DNA of 60,572 nt, the filler included, from Bdellovibrionota bacterium (GTDB taxonomy: Bacteria > Bdellovibrionota > Bdellovibrionia > Bdellovibrionales > JAEYZS01): NCBI GenBank assembly GCA_963169515.1. It is 5 parts of 5 records of this genome, joined end to end, with 100 filler letters (N's around TTAATTAATTAA, not from the genome) between each part and the next. Parts side by side here need not be neighbours in the genome. Positions count along the whole stretch, not along the records: positions 37,420 to 49,050 come from CAUJEF010000164.1; 4 more parts are not named here. The stretch is one strand, 5' to 3'. The translations under genes and the position numbers were made by a program. The notes under the pieces are model-generated. The model made no database searches. It was not told where the DNA came from and was given only the letters and a program-made list of their open reading frames with translations. How positions within the stretch are numbered: position 1 is the first letter of the stretch; each line of letters begins with the position of its first letter. Shown piece by piece: positions 38,673-48,834 of this stretch.

Positions 38673-41390
38673 TTATCTCCTCGCCCTAGCTCTTATTTGA
38701 GCAATCTGTTCATCTAAATATGCAAGCAAGGTACCGTCAGCGTATGGTTTAAGGGATGAAAATTCATGCAGCGCAATCTGTCGGTCGAGCAAATTTTCGC
38801 TTTTTTTGGCGTTCTCTAACTCTTCCAGAGCTTTTGCATTTGCCGAGCTAAATTTTTCAATATTTCGTTCCGCATCTTGTGCTGTCACAAGGAATGGAGC
38901 CGATTGTTGCGCGAGCATGGACTGATACATTTCGCGTTCTTTCTTTTTTAGATTTTTAGGAACCATTGTGTTGAGTTGCTGATGAAATTTTCTGTTTTCG
39001 GTTGCTATTGTTTTTAATGTTTTTAATTGTAGGGGCAAGTCCGCGGTCTTTAGGGACTGCTTGTAAATGCGTGTAAGGCTGTCGAGCAGTTTAATTTTTT
39101 GTTTGATAGAAATTTTTAAGTTTTTCGAATTGATTTTGTAGGTTCGAACTGCGGTTTCGGCTTGATCGGATGCCTTGCGGTTTAGCAAAGTTTCCATAAA
39201 TCGGCCATAGGGAGTGGATCGAACGCCCGCAATTTTAAGGGCAGACCGGACATTTTGCCAATTTGGTTTTTTCAAGTGAAGCTCTAAAGTGATGATTCCC
39301 AAAAGGTCTGGGGAACGAGCCAGGGCTGTTTTCATTCTGTCATAGAGCTTTGGATCGAGTCGAATCATCTTCACGCGAATTTCATTGGCTGTTCGTACAG
39401 CAGAAGTTGCTTTTAAATAATCTCGAAAATGGGGAGTTGGGTTTTCCCCGGCCTGTTCGGCAAGTAAGCCCAGCTTTAAAAACCGTTGATCTTTTGAAAG
39501 TCCCAGTGGAGCTACTAGAGCTGCGGCATAGGCATTTTTGAAGTCTTTTTGTTGTTCATAGGCCCAGAGAACGCTTTTGCGAGCAAAACCAATGTCGTTC
39601 GGATTAGCTTTTCGTATTTTTAATATTTTTTGACTTGTTTGAAGCACGACATCGTAGTCCTTCAATTTTTCGGCCGCAAGCGCAATCGTTTTAAAATGAC
39701 GAACCTGTTCGTCTGGTTTTAGATATTCCACGTCATATTTGCTGAGACGTTTTAGCTCTGATGGCAGATCGCTATCTTCAATAGGAAGGGTTACAACATT
39801 GTTGACGGTCACGCGCCTGCTAATTTCAGTATAGTGTTTTTTATTTTCAGGAAAGGCTTCGGCGTATTCCTCGGCTGTACTGCGTATATCAGAGTCTTTT
39901 TTTAAAGCGGTCAAAGAATCTATGGCAAGATTTGCCGCCTGATATTTTAATTTTTTGTCGGCCCATTTGTTTTCGAGTGCGAGTTTGTTAAATTCTGAAA
40001 AAGCATCGCTAAAATTTTTATCTTGAAACTTGATATAAGCGATCTGATAGCGCACTTCAAACTTTTGTTTTCCATTGGGGTTTAGCTCGAGGTATTCGTT
40101 CAGCGAAGCTTCGCGCAATTTTTGATCTTTGGATTCTTCTGCAGCATCGATCATGGCCGATGTAATTGCTTCGAGATGCTCTGGTTTAGCGATACGAGCG
40201 GCGTCGCGGTAAAATGCGGTTGCTTTAGAAAAATGCTTCAGCTGAATTGCTACTTGTGCTGCCCAAACCATCGCTTCGAAATCTTTGTCTGCGAGTGACA
40301 AATACTTTTCATAGGCTTGTGTCAGTTCATTTGATGGAGACGTTTTTTCTTTTTTATTCCAATTCACAATCATCGATCGAAAATCGGCGAGCACCTTTTT
40401 GCAGTCTTCGCATTTGTCTTTTTTTATAGCTTGGGTCGTGAGGTCCAGATAAACCAGGGTTTGGGTATAGCGATTTAAGTCATAGAAGTTTTGCGCAAGC
40501 TTTAAGTGTATTTCGGCTTTATCTTCTGTTTTGTCAGTTTGAAGATATTGCCGCCAAATCAATAGAGCTGCTTTTTTGTTTCCAAGACGTTCGGCTTCTT
40601 CGCCCAGAAATTTTAGATTTTGATTTCGCTCTTCAGGCTTCGAAAATCCAGCAAAAGTTTCAATTTCTGTTGCGCCAAACTGCCCGTGTGACAGCAGTGT
40701 TGCATAATCACGCATTAAATCGCCATACCAGCCGTCATTTTTATTATCGCGTGCAATTCGAATTGCATTTTGAATGTGTGCGATGGCGTTTTTGATCGAG
40801 CTTGAGTTAAAATGGCACCATGCAATTCGATACTGAATGTAAATCTGGTCTTCGGTAACTGTGGTGACAAAAGCCTTTTCAAATTCAGGAATGGCTTTTA
40901 AGAAATTGCCTTTTTCGTAAAGAATATCGGCAACACCCAGTTGTGCTTTTGCGTGGATTAGTTTAAGGCTTGGGTTTTTTAAAATGGACTTATATGCTTT
41001 GTCGGATTTATCAATTTCTCCTATGAGATGATACAGATGGCCGAGTTGTAGTGACAGGTGAGAAAGTTGAACTGTATTGGCGGCATCGCGGGACTGCTCG
41101 TACAATGTAATTGCCTTTTTTCGATCCAGATCGCCATTGGGACAGTTTTTGCAACTTTGCTCGTTCACAGAGATATCTTTCATACGAGCGCGATCTGAGT
41201 AAAGATCGGCCAGCCGCAGGCGAACTGTTTCTGATTCAGATTTATCAGTTGTGAGTTCAGGCAAAAGAGTTTCGAGCTTTTCAATTAAGGCGTCGGAAGT
41301 ATAAGAATCCATTTTTGCCGATGGAGCTGCCACAGCAAGCTTTAATGCTAAAACAGCTGTTAAAAAGGCGATGGCAAAAAAATGGGTCAC
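38673..41390 (-). CDS. large exported TPR protein (GltD/AgmU-like)
   Basis: Signal peptide, LRLADLY..RA, YRIAWC, repeated TPR helices. Confidence 0.75.
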   Translation of the reverse strand: MTHFFAIAFLTAVLALKLAVAAPSAKMDSYTSDALIEKLETLLPELTTDKSESETVRLRLADLYSDRARMKDISVNEQSCKNCPNGDLDRKKAITLYEQSRDAANTVQLSHLSLQLGHLYHLIGEIDKSDKAYKSILKNPSLKLIHAKAQLGVADILYEKGNFLKAIPEFEKAFVTTVTEDQIYIQYRIAWCHFNSSSIKNAIAHIQNAIRIARDNKNDGWYGDLMRDYATLLSHGQFGATEIETFAGFSKPEERNQNLKFLGEEAERLGNKKAALLIWRQYLQTDKTEDKAEIHLKLAQNFYDLNRYTQTLVYLDLTTQAIKKDKCEDCKKVLADFRSMIVNWNKKEKTSPSNELTQAYEKYLSLADKDFEAMVWAAQVAIQLKHFSKATAFYRDAARIAKPEHLEAITSAMIDAAEESKDQKLREASLNEYLELNPNGKQKFEVRYQIAYIKFQDKNFSDAFSEFNKLALENKWADKKLKYQAANLAIDSLTALKKDSDIRSTAEEYAEAFPENKKHYTEISRRVTVNNVVTLPIEDSDLPSELKRLSKYDVEYLKPDEQVRHFKTIALAAEKLKDYDVVLQTSQKILKIRKANPNDIGFARKSVLWAYEQQKDFKNAYAAALVAPLGLSKDQRFLKLGLLAEQAGENPTPHFRDYLKATSAVRTANEIRVKMIRLDPKLYDRMKTALARSPDLLGIITLELHLKKPNWQNVRSALKIAGVRSTPYGRFMETLLNRKASDQAETAVRTYKINSKNLKISIKQKIKLLDSLTRIYKQSLKTADLPLQLKTLKTIATENRKFHQQLNTMVPKNLKKKEREMYQSMLAQQSAPFLVTAQDAERNIEKFSSANAKALEELENAKKSENLLDRQIALHEFSSLKPYADGTLLAYLDEQIAQIRARARR

Positions 41391-41812
41391 AATTTCTCCT
41401 GATCGTTGATTACGGCGAACTGTAATTCGCTGAATCCCGCGTGCAGGCCGGCTATGACAACCGGGTTAATTTCGCCGTAGTTCATTTGACGGTCCGCTTG
41501 GATAATTAGGCCTGACTTCCCGGGATTCAAATCAGCAATTTTTTTTAGCTCAGCGGAAAGATTTGGAAGTGGAACAGATTTTCCGTCGATCAAATAGTTT
41601 TGACCACGGACTTCTATTACAAGTGATCCAGTTGGAGTGATCCCCTCGGTGGCATTGGGAAGTTTCATTCCTTCGGGGATTTTAACTTCGATTTGGCCAA
41701 AAGATGTTGCCATCAATAAATAAATAAGAACAATTGCAAAACAGTCCACGAGTGGTGTTAAAATTTGTTTTGAACCGATCTCTTTTTTGTGTTTTCTGGT
41801 TTTAAAACTCAT
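41387..41812 (-). CDS. ExbD/TolR family protein (AglS-like)
   Basis: LTPLVD TM with conserved Asp; IIQADR; AGF..LQFAV. Confidence 0.85.
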   Translation of the reverse strand: MSFKTRKHKKEIGSKQILTPLVDCFAIVLIYLLMATSFGQIEVKIPEGMKLPNATEGITPTGSLVIEVRGQNYLIDGKSVPLPNLSAELKKIADLNPGKSGLIIQADRQMNYGEINPVVIAGLHAGFSELQFAVINDQEKL

Positions 41813-41821
41813 GTTCTATCC

Positions 41822-42238
41822 TTACAGAGGGGCGATGCCCACGTTTGGGAAGTCTGCTTTTTTTAAGGAATTCATAGCTTTGATCATTGTAGAGTAATTT
41901 GAAGAAGTGGATGGGAGAACCAAAGCCGTTTTCATGCTTGGGTATTGTCCTTTAAGGGTTGAAGCGTAGGTTTCAAGGTTTTTCACGTGGACCCGTTTTT
42001 TTGCCTTATTGCCACCTACGGAAACAAGGAGGTCGTTGTTTAGTCCGATTTCAACCCAAAGCGCAGCGGTGTCTTTTTTTGCTTCGCTTTCTGTGCCCAA
42101 ACCTTGTTTTGTTTCGAGCACACCGGCTTGAATCCATACTGCCGTTAGGAGCATAAAGCAGATGCAAACCGATAACAGATCGATAAATGGGACCAGATTT
42201 ATTTCGGCGTCGTCGCCTTTTCGTTTACGCTTAAACAC
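41822..42238 (-). CDS. ExbD/TolR family protein (AglQ-like)
   Basis: EINLVPFIDLLSVCICFMLLTAVW. Confidence 0.85.
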   Translation of the reverse strand: MFKRKRKGDDAEINLVPFIDLLSVCICFMLLTAVWIQAGVLETKQGLGTESEAKKDTAALWVEIGLNNDLLVSVGGNKAKKRVHVKNLETYASTLKGQYPSMKTALVLPSTSSNYSTMIKAMNSLKKADFPNVGIAPL

Positions 42239-42266
42239 TTGAAACTCCTCTTAAAGCTACTGGCTC

Positions 42267-42929
42267 TTATACGGATTTTCGCTTTGGAATTGCTTCGAAA
42301 TTAAAGCTCAACCAGTTGTAAACTTTTGTAGCGGCTTGGTTTAAGTCTTCGGTCAGGGTTGTTGTGCGGTTATTCAAGATCGAGTACATGATTAAGGCGG
42401 GCACTGCAACGATCAGACCGTATGCCGTACAGTTCATTGCCTCAGAAATACCTTGAGATAGCAGGGTTGCTTTCTCAAGAGCTCCGACTTGGCTCACGGC
42501 AGAGAACGATTTGATCATTCCTGTGATTGTTCCCAAAAGACCAACCAATGTTGCAACATTGGCAATCATTGAAAGATTGGCTGTGCGTTTTTCTAATTTT
42601 TCGTTTTCAACACTGATGAGCTCTTGCATTTTTGCGTGGATTTCTTCTTTTCCACCCATATGCAATGCGGATTGAATGCCTGCGTATGCGATGGATCCAA
42701 GTGGTTCTGATTTTGACATTGAATTGGCTTTATTCAGAGCTTGTTCGATTTGTCCTTTTTTGATGTCATTTTCTAAAGATGCAGAAAGTCTTTTTTGTCC
42801 GGCAGAGCGTTTAAAAAATAAGTAGTACGACCGTTCTGCGATGATTGCTAAAGAAACGATATGAAGGCCGAGAATTGCGTACATCCAAACGCCCCCATGA
42901 GTAAAAGCAGTTGATATCGATAAAAACAT
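42267..42929 (-). CDS. MotA/TolQ/ExbB proton channel (AglR-like)
   Basis: GG.WMY, ANVATLVGLLGTI.GMI..F, GISEAMNCTAYGL. Confidence 0.9.
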   Translation of the reverse strand: MFLSISTAFTHGGVWMYAILGLHIVSLAIIAERSYYLFFKRSAGQKRLSASLENDIKKGQIEQALNKANSMSKSEPLGSIAYAGIQSALHMGGKEEIHAKMQELISVENEKLEKRTANLSMIANVATLVGLLGTITGMIKSFSAVSQVGALEKATLLSQGISEAMNCTAYGLIVAVPALIMYSILNNRTTTLTEDLNQAATKVYNWLSFNFEAIPKRKSV

Positions 42930-42959
42930 AAAACCTCCCGTAGGTTATTATAGGAAATT

Positions 42960-42975
42960 CGCAATCCGTGTACCG
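42960..42975 (-). promoter_or_regulatory. sigma54 (-24/-12) promoter candidate of the gliding cluster
   Basis: CGGTACACGGATTGCG = GG-N10-GC, about 30 nt upstream of the ATG at 42929. Confidence 0.6.
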
Positions 42976-43156
42976 TCATACTGTAAGCGCTTGTTGTAGA
43001 TGGCATTGACAATGGCTGTAGGAATTTCAAAATCAAAGACCAAAAATGTCCCACCTAGGGTAGGCCGTACCTTTTTGATGTGCGGTGTATCATTTTGAGA
43101 CAATCAAAGCATATAATGAAATCGAGTTGTTGTCGTTTCGTACCGATAAGAAACAC

Positions 43157-44737
43157 ATGGCGAGCTGGGCAAAGTACATTCGAATATTTTCTGCATTTGC
43201 CTTCATTGTCCTTTTTAACAACTGCGGAGAAGGTTTTAAATCTATTCAGTTTTCTAGCTCTCTACAACCATCAGGGGGGACGCCACAGCCCACGGCTACA
43301 GTGACCCCAACACCGACGGGAACGATAAGGCCACCGACACCAACGCCGACAGCAACCACAACCCCGCGACCGCCGACACCGACGCCAACACCAACGGGAA
43401 CGATAAGGCCACCGACACCGACACCTACAGCAACTGCAACTCCGCGCCCACCAACACCGACGCCTACAGCAACCGCAACTCCGCGGCCACCAACACCAAC
43501 ACTTATTCCCTATTCCCCAACGCCGACTCCTGGGCCGGGTTCTGCGCCCGCGTGGTTCTTGAATGCGAGCGAAGGATCTTGGGTTGCAATCGCGGGATCG
43601 ACAGAGCAGAAAATTTCAGATGTTTTGCCAAACCCAGTCCCCCATGTGGAAAGTCACCCAGATAACCCGGGCTCTATCACTGCAGCCTGGACTGGCGGAG
43701 CCGTTGACCAGGCCCGTGGAGAATACTTACTCGTAGGGAATGGCGGTCATGCGGATTATCCTGGAAATGAAGGGTATTCGCTTTCGATGCGCGAAGCGGC
43801 TCCGAAATGGCGACGACTTTCTGACCCAACGCCAAATGCACAAATGGCCAATGTCTCCGACGAAGGCGATGGGAAATATATGGATGGGCGTCCGCGAGCA
43901 ATGCATTCGACATTTGAATGCTTTGGTGATGGCCGAGTATGGTTTCCACTTCAAAACAGTGTAACAAGTAATGGCGGCGGAACTATAAATGGAGTCGTTT
44001 CCTACAATCGCGATATGTTGGGGGCAGCTCAATCACCGTTGCCTTGGACGGCCGCAAATCTCGGTCCATGGGAAATAGTTGGAAAACCATTTTCAAGTGG
44101 CACTGATTTGACTGCAATGATTTTTGGCGGATGTGCATTTGATCGCGTGAACCACAAGATTTGGGCACTCGGCGGAAACAGCGCAAACTATACAAGATAT
44201 TGGTCTGTCGATACGTCGGGTTCAACATTGGGAAAAATAACCACGTACTCAGCAGGACAGTCTTTTGGTCACTGGGGAGGATGGATCGTTGTAGCTCACG
44301 ATCTTCGGATATTAATAGCCGGGGACCATCTGAGAAATACAATTACCGTTTTCAGTTTGGATAGTTCGTCCCCTGAGACAGCATGGACGCAAGTTTCGAA
44401 CGTGACTGGCTCTGGATACTATGATGGTGGTTCGGGTGGCGTTTACGTTCAGGCAAACAATTCGATTGCTGTTGGGTTTCCAAGAAGCCTCAATAAGACT
44501 ATAAAGAAATTAAAAATTCCGACAAAAAACGTAAATGGCAAAGCGGTTTACGATTCTGCGGGGCAATGGGTTTGGTCGACATTGAATCCGGGCGGGGCAA
44601 GCATCGTGGCTTCCGGTGGCGCCTACACCAAATGGAATATTATCGAAGATATGGGGAATGGCCAATCCGCCATTGTTTATTTAGGCGATATCCACGCGCC
44701 AACTTACGTATATAAAATTCCATTTTCCGGACTATAA
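43157..44737 (+). CDS. lipoprotein with Pro/Thr linker and beta-propeller-like C-terminal domain
   Basis: FNNC lipobox, PT repeats, GGH.DY.GNE.Y and W-rich repeated strands; start set at ATG 43157 (ORF open from 43085). Confidence 0.75.
   Translation: MASWAKYIRIFSAFAFIVLFNNCGEGFKSIQFSSSLQPSGGTPQPTATVTPTPTGTIRPPTPTPTATTTPRPPTPTPTPTGTIRPPTPTPTATATPRPPTPTPTATATPRPPTPTLIPYSPTPTPGPGSAPAWFLNASEGSWVAIAGSTEQKISDVLPNPVPHVESHPDNPGSITAAWTGGAVDQARGEYLLVGNGGHADYPGNEGYSLSMREAAPKWRRLSDPTPNAQMANVSDEGDGKYMDGRPRAMHSTFECFGDGRVWFPLQNSVTSNGGGTINGVVSYNRDMLGAAQSPLPWTAANLGPWEIVGKPFSSGTDLTAMIFGGCAFDRVNHKIWALGGNSANYTRYWSVDTSGSTLGKITTYSAGQSFGHWGGWIVVAHDLRILIAGDHLRNTITVFSLDSSSPETAWTQVSNVTGSGYYDGGSGGVYVQANNSIAVGFPRSLNKTIKKLKIPTKNVNGKAVYDSAGQWVWSTLNPGGASIVASGGAYTKWNIIEDMGNGQSAIVYLGDIHAPTYVYKIPFSGL
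43285..43535 (+). repeat. coding Pro/Thr-rich tandem repeats
   Basis: RPPTPT unit repeated five times; ACGGGAACGATAAGGCCACCGACACC occurs twice. Confidence 0.85.
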
Positions 44738-45601
44738 AGATTGGCGGAGCTTCTTCACAGCAGTCATCAATTCGATAACCTTTTCCTTGATCACTACACC
44801 ACCAGTTCCGGTTGAAATCGAGGTCCCAACAATAACGGCATCCGTATGCGGAAGAAGTTCCACGACATTTTCTACTGAAAATCCAGAACCAATTATGATC
44901 TCTAAATCTTGCGCTCCCTTTTTTGCTTCGATTAATTTTTCTTTTTCTGGGGGGACACCGGATTTATGAGATGTCACAATAATGCCATTGCTTTTTTCTG
45001 ATCGTGCACGGGCTGCTGACTGTTCAATTGTAATTGTAGTGTCAACCATTTCAGAATATTTCACTTGAATGTCCGTAAAGATTGCAACGTCATTTTCAAT
45101 TCCAAGCTTTTTTCGATATTCAATCAATTCCTTTGGATCTTGATCTACAACTTGGCCGTCCGCAATCACCCTGTCCGAGAAAAAATCGGTGCGAATAAAT
45201 TTGGCCTTGCTTGCTTTGGCTATATCAAGCGAAGACTTAGGGTTATGCCACAAAACCTCTAGGCCAATAACAATTTTTTTACCATGCTTTTTAACAGCTT
45301 CTGTTACAACCGCTTGCATAGTTTCAACAATACGCGGATCGATCTCATTGATACCGCCGCTACTTGGATTCTCAAAAAGGACAGCATCAACATTGGCTTT
45401 TTCAAGGATTGTGACTTCGGCCAGTGCATCTTTGATGGTCTTTTCTAAGCTGACGTAGCCGTCTGTTCCTGGAACATTTTTAATATTTACGACACCGATA
45501 ATTGGCTTTTTTACTTTAAACAAAGTGCCAATACGAGGCGGTGTCGCATAAGTTGTTGTTGCTATAAAAAAGACGGCCAGCATAGCAAAAATATTGTTCA
45601 T
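44732..45601 (-). CDS. BtpA/SgcQ family protein with signal-peptide-like N-terminus
   Basis: KPIIGV, DAVLFEN, FIR, DIQVKYS, IIVT...G, IIGSG, DAVIVGT. Confidence 0.8.
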   Translation of the reverse strand: MNNIFAMLAVFFIATTTYATPPRIGTLFKVKKPIIGVVNIKNVPGTDGYVSLEKTIKDALAEVTILEKANVDAVLFENPSSGGINEIDPRIVETMQAVVTEAVKKHGKKIVIGLEVLWHNPKSSLDIAKASKAKFIRTDFFSDRVIADGQVVDQDPKELIEYRKKLGIENDVAIFTDIQVKYSEMVDTTITIEQSAARARSEKSNGIIVTSHKSGVPPEKEKLIEAKKGAQDLEIIIGSGFSVENVVELLPHTDAVIVGTSISTGTGGVVIKEKVIELMTAVKKLRQSL

Positions 45602-45758
45602 TTGAATCCCCCTTAAATAGTCACCATGGCTATACCACTCTTAAAAAAGATGACAATCCTTTCCTGGCGCAGCATACGCCCGACCTAGGTCAAGTTAAAG
45701 CTGCTTTCCGACCTCGATCATGGACTGGATTCTGAGCCTTGGATTAGACTTAAGACAA

Positions 45759-48044
45759 ATGAAATTCATCAGTGTTTTAGCGTTTTTAGTTCTATTTTCA
45801 TGCGTGTCCCTTGGCGCGACTAAAGAACGACCCACAGGCAGGGTTTGGGTCAACCTAGAGTCCGATTCAATTGCATGGAAGGTTCGAGCAATAAAAGGGA
45901 CAATTTTTCAATTTTTATCAAGCTTTGAGCAAGTCAATATTGTGCAAAATCTCCAAGTAAACCAACTGGGTTGTTCCACAAAAGATTTAAAATGCCTTTT
46001 GCGTTCGCTTGCTTCAAAGCGTGTTGATATTGCAATCCTTGGAAAATTTGATGGAAAAACTTTAGATTTAAAAAGTTACGAGACTTGGTCAGGAACAGAA
46101 GTTTCACACAGCATGATTGTACTTACAACTGACGTCAGTCTGACTGAGTTCCGACATCGCGTGTTTCGCTTGGTGCAACCGTTCATTGATGTGGGTGGTC
46201 TTTTGGATCGCTTTTACGCAAAATCAAAACCGCCAGCACCGTATCGAGTGAATTTTTCAGAACATACTGCTGTTTTTGTTCATATCATTATTGCACTTAT
46301 CCTCGGATTTTTGTTTTGGTTACCGTTTTTAGTTGTAAAAAGGCTTTCGAAAAAAATGAAAGTGCCCTTCCCCAAAAAAGTTGCACATAGGAAATATCGA
46401 ATTGCCGCCGCGTTGGGCGTTCCCATACTGTGGGGACTGGGTGCATACTATGGCCCGACAGTTCTTGCGTTGATGGAACACAGTATTCCGTCCACACGAT
46501 ATATAATTGGAGGAACCCTATGGGCTTCAGTTTTAATTATTTTCCAGCGATTCGCAATTCCTCCGCTTAGCTTGATTGAAAAAACATCCTTTGCAAATTT
46601 GTCTGTGATTCTTCGAACATGGCTGAATGTATTAGCGGTAAAGACTTTTATTTTTATCCTGGCATTTCTGCCTATGATGGGATTGTTGTATTTGCTCGAC
46701 CAGTGGATAAATTGGGATGTGGTTACAACATGGACGATCATGATCCCCGCCAGCTTGGCAGCGGGATTTTTGTGGTATTTATTTTGGGTTGCAGAGTTGA
46801 CCTTCTTTTTGGATCCTACTTTTGTGTACGGATTTCGCCGAAATGAACTCCAATGGGAACGGGAAATCAAAAAATACTTCAGGGGCTACATAAATCGGCT
46901 TGGCGTTTCCATCAATGACCGTTTGATTGAAAAGACAAAATTTCTTCCAAGCAAACGCGACGGAATTTATTCTTACGGCGGAGGGTTTGTCCCTCGCCGT
47001 GTGTTGATCAGTTCTTTGATGTTAGCGTATTCCATGGGGACGCTGAAAGATGACAGCGGGGATGAAGATCAGGGGTTTGCCAATTATCAAGCAGGGATAA
47101 TTTTTCCTAAAAGACGAAGGAAATCACAGAGCGATTTCGAAATTCCGACTAATTTTTTTACACGAACATGGAGACGCTATTTTTCAGACGATGAGGTGCA
47201 AGAGCGCGATATTCAAAGCCATGCGTCCAGAAACTTTAATCTGCATAACGCAACAATTTTAGGTTACGTTGTGCCCGCCAATCCCGATGTCGCAGTTCCA
47301 CTGATTTCAAATAACCGGGAAGATTTTGAGGCAGTTGGAGAGCTTTTGACCGAGCACTATGCGGATTTTGACAAAGATCAGGTGGATTTGGAACTTGATG
47401 ATTCCGATCCGACGGACATGGATTTTTTATTTGGGGCTTTGCTGCGAGAATTTATGGTTCTGGAACAGAACGAACATTTTCTTCTGACATTTTATCACGC
47501 ATTTAACTTGGTGGCTCCAAAATTTCCAGAGCGCGTGTTAAAGATTATTGAGACTTGTCGCAGTCATATCCGTCGTCACTTTTCTAGATTTACGAACGAA
47601 CTGGCTGATGCCTATGTCGCACTCAATATGGGGCGACACTATCTAGTTCAATACCTTTTTTATTCACTCGATAGAAAGTCAAGGCTGACCGTGCGGGCAG
47701 ATTCTGGAACGCTTTATTCGGTTACAAGGCAAATTTTGGATGAGGTTCAAAACCTTCCGCGCGACGAGGAAGATAACTGGCCCGATAATGCGACAGTGAA
47801 AAATCGTATCAATTGGCTTGCAACCAATTTTTTTAAAACTCAAAGCGTGAAGGCGTCCCATGCGCAACCGTGGCTTGGCGTTGTGGCAATCGCAACCCTG
47901 TTTATTGCGATCACTCTGATTTTTGTGGGCGAATCCGTACAATATCACGATGTTTACAATGAAAGAATAGAATTAATGAAAGAAAGAATAGAATTAGCAA
48001 AACAGATCAAAGAAAAACAGGAGAGAGATAATGTCGGAAAGTAA
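45759..48044 (+). CDS. large multi-pass membrane protein, unknown function
   Basis: Signal peptide, extracytoplasmic domain, about 5 TM helices, large soluble domain, C-terminal TM; overlaps the motA start. Confidence 0.75.
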   Translation: MKFISVLAFLVLFSCVSLGATKERPTGRVWVNLESDSIAWKVRAIKGTIFQFLSSFEQVNIVQNLQVNQLGCSTKDLKCLLRSLASKRVDIAILGKFDGKTLDLKSYETWSGTEVSHSMIVLTTDVSLTEFRHRVFRLVQPFIDVGGLLDRFYAKSKPPAPYRVNFSEHTAVFVHIIIALILGFLFWLPFLVVKRLSKKMKVPFPKKVAHRKYRIAAALGVPILWGLGAYYGPTVLALMEHSIPSTRYIIGGTLWASVLIIFQRFAIPPLSLIEKTSFANLSVILRTWLNVLAVKTFIFILAFLPMMGLLYLLDQWINWDVVTTWTIMIPASLAAGFLWYLFWVAELTFFLDPTFVYGFRRNELQWEREIKKYFRGYINRLGVSINDRLIEKTKFLPSKRDGIYSYGGGFVPRRVLISSLMLAYSMGTLKDDSGDEDQGFANYQAGIIFPKRRRKSQSDFEIPTNFFTRTWRRYFSDDEVQERDIQSHASRNFNLHNATILGYVVPANPDVAVPLISNNREDFEAVGELLTEHYADFDKDQVDLELDDSDPTDMDFLFGALLREFMVLEQNEHFLLTFYHAFNLVAPKFPERVLKIIETCRSHIRRHFSRFTNELADAYVALNMGRHYLVQYLFYSLDRKSRLTVRADSGTLYSVTRQILDEVQNLPRDEEDNWPDNATVKNRINWLATNFFKTQSVKASHAQPWLGVVAIATLFIAITLIFVGESVQYHDVYNERIELMKERIELAKQIKEKQERDNVGK

Positions 48045-48834
48045 TACAACATTTTTCCAAGCGGTAAAAAAGAAGGCGCTCAACATAAATCAATCCAGCG
48101 CGGGTGCCGGCGTTACAGGATTGATCGGGTTTGGGGGGCTGTTTCTCATCAGTGCGGTTTTCTTTGTTACCGAAAATTATTTTATTTCGCTTATGTTTAT
48201 TTCGCTGGGTCTGTTGGTGTACACGACGGGAACAGAAATCGGACGACTGTTTCTTTCTTCATTCACAATTTTCTTTTCCAGTCGACATTTGATTAATAAA
48301 GCCGCCTACATTCAAGACACGCTTGCAGAGCTTCATAGAGTTCTTCAATTTGAAAAAGACTCAAAGGGTGAAATCAAAGTGGGACCGATTCAAAATGGGC
48401 AAACAATTTCGCTGCCAGACAATCCTCTTGTAAAAGATATGCAAAAACTTTTGGCGGAAGGTAAGGGATTTGATTACGCAGAATATGTTGCCCATTCTTA
48501 CTATGTTGAGTGCCATGAGCTTTATGACTACAACAGCGCAAATCTCGATTTTGTATCGGTGTCCATGCCGATCTTCGGCTTAATTGGAACAGTTCTCGGG
48601 TTAATGTCTATGTTTGATAGTTTGGGCGGGGACATCACAGTTGAATCACTGTCTCCTCAGCTTGCGATGGCGCTCAAAACAACTCTTTACGGTGCGCTTT
48701 ATTCAATTATTTATAAAATTATGGGCTCGCGTTTCGAACAGCGAATCAGAGCTTTGGATTACGATTATGAGACTTTTGCAAGAGCCTTGCAGGTTTTGAT
48801 TGAAAACAAAGTTAAGATTGAGATTTCTCAATGA
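48031..48834 (+). CDS. MotA/PomA-like stator A subunit
   Basis: MPIFGLIGTVLGL and LAMALKTTLYG motifs. Confidence 0.85.
   Translation: MSESNTTFFQAVKKKALNINQSSAGAGVTGLIGFGGLFLISAVFFVTENYFISLMFISLGLLVYTTGTEIGRLFLSSFTIFFSSRHLINKAAYIQDTLAELHRVLQFEKDSKGEIKVGPIQNGQTISLPDNPLVKDMQKLLAEGKGFDYAEYVAHSYYVECHELYDYNSANLDFVSVSMPIFGLIGTVLGLMSMFDSLGGDITVESLSPQLAMALKTTLYGALYSIIYKIMGSRFEQRIRALDYDYETFARALQVLIENKVKIEISQ

Noticed and set aside
43285..43535. Pro/Thr repeat region as a non-coding repeat array
   Set aside because: In-frame coding linker with synonymous variation between units
45690..45715. Possible sigma28 promoter (TCAAG...CCGA) upstream of the large membrane protein
   Set aside because: Spacing is 13 nt versus 15 nt in the flagellin promoter
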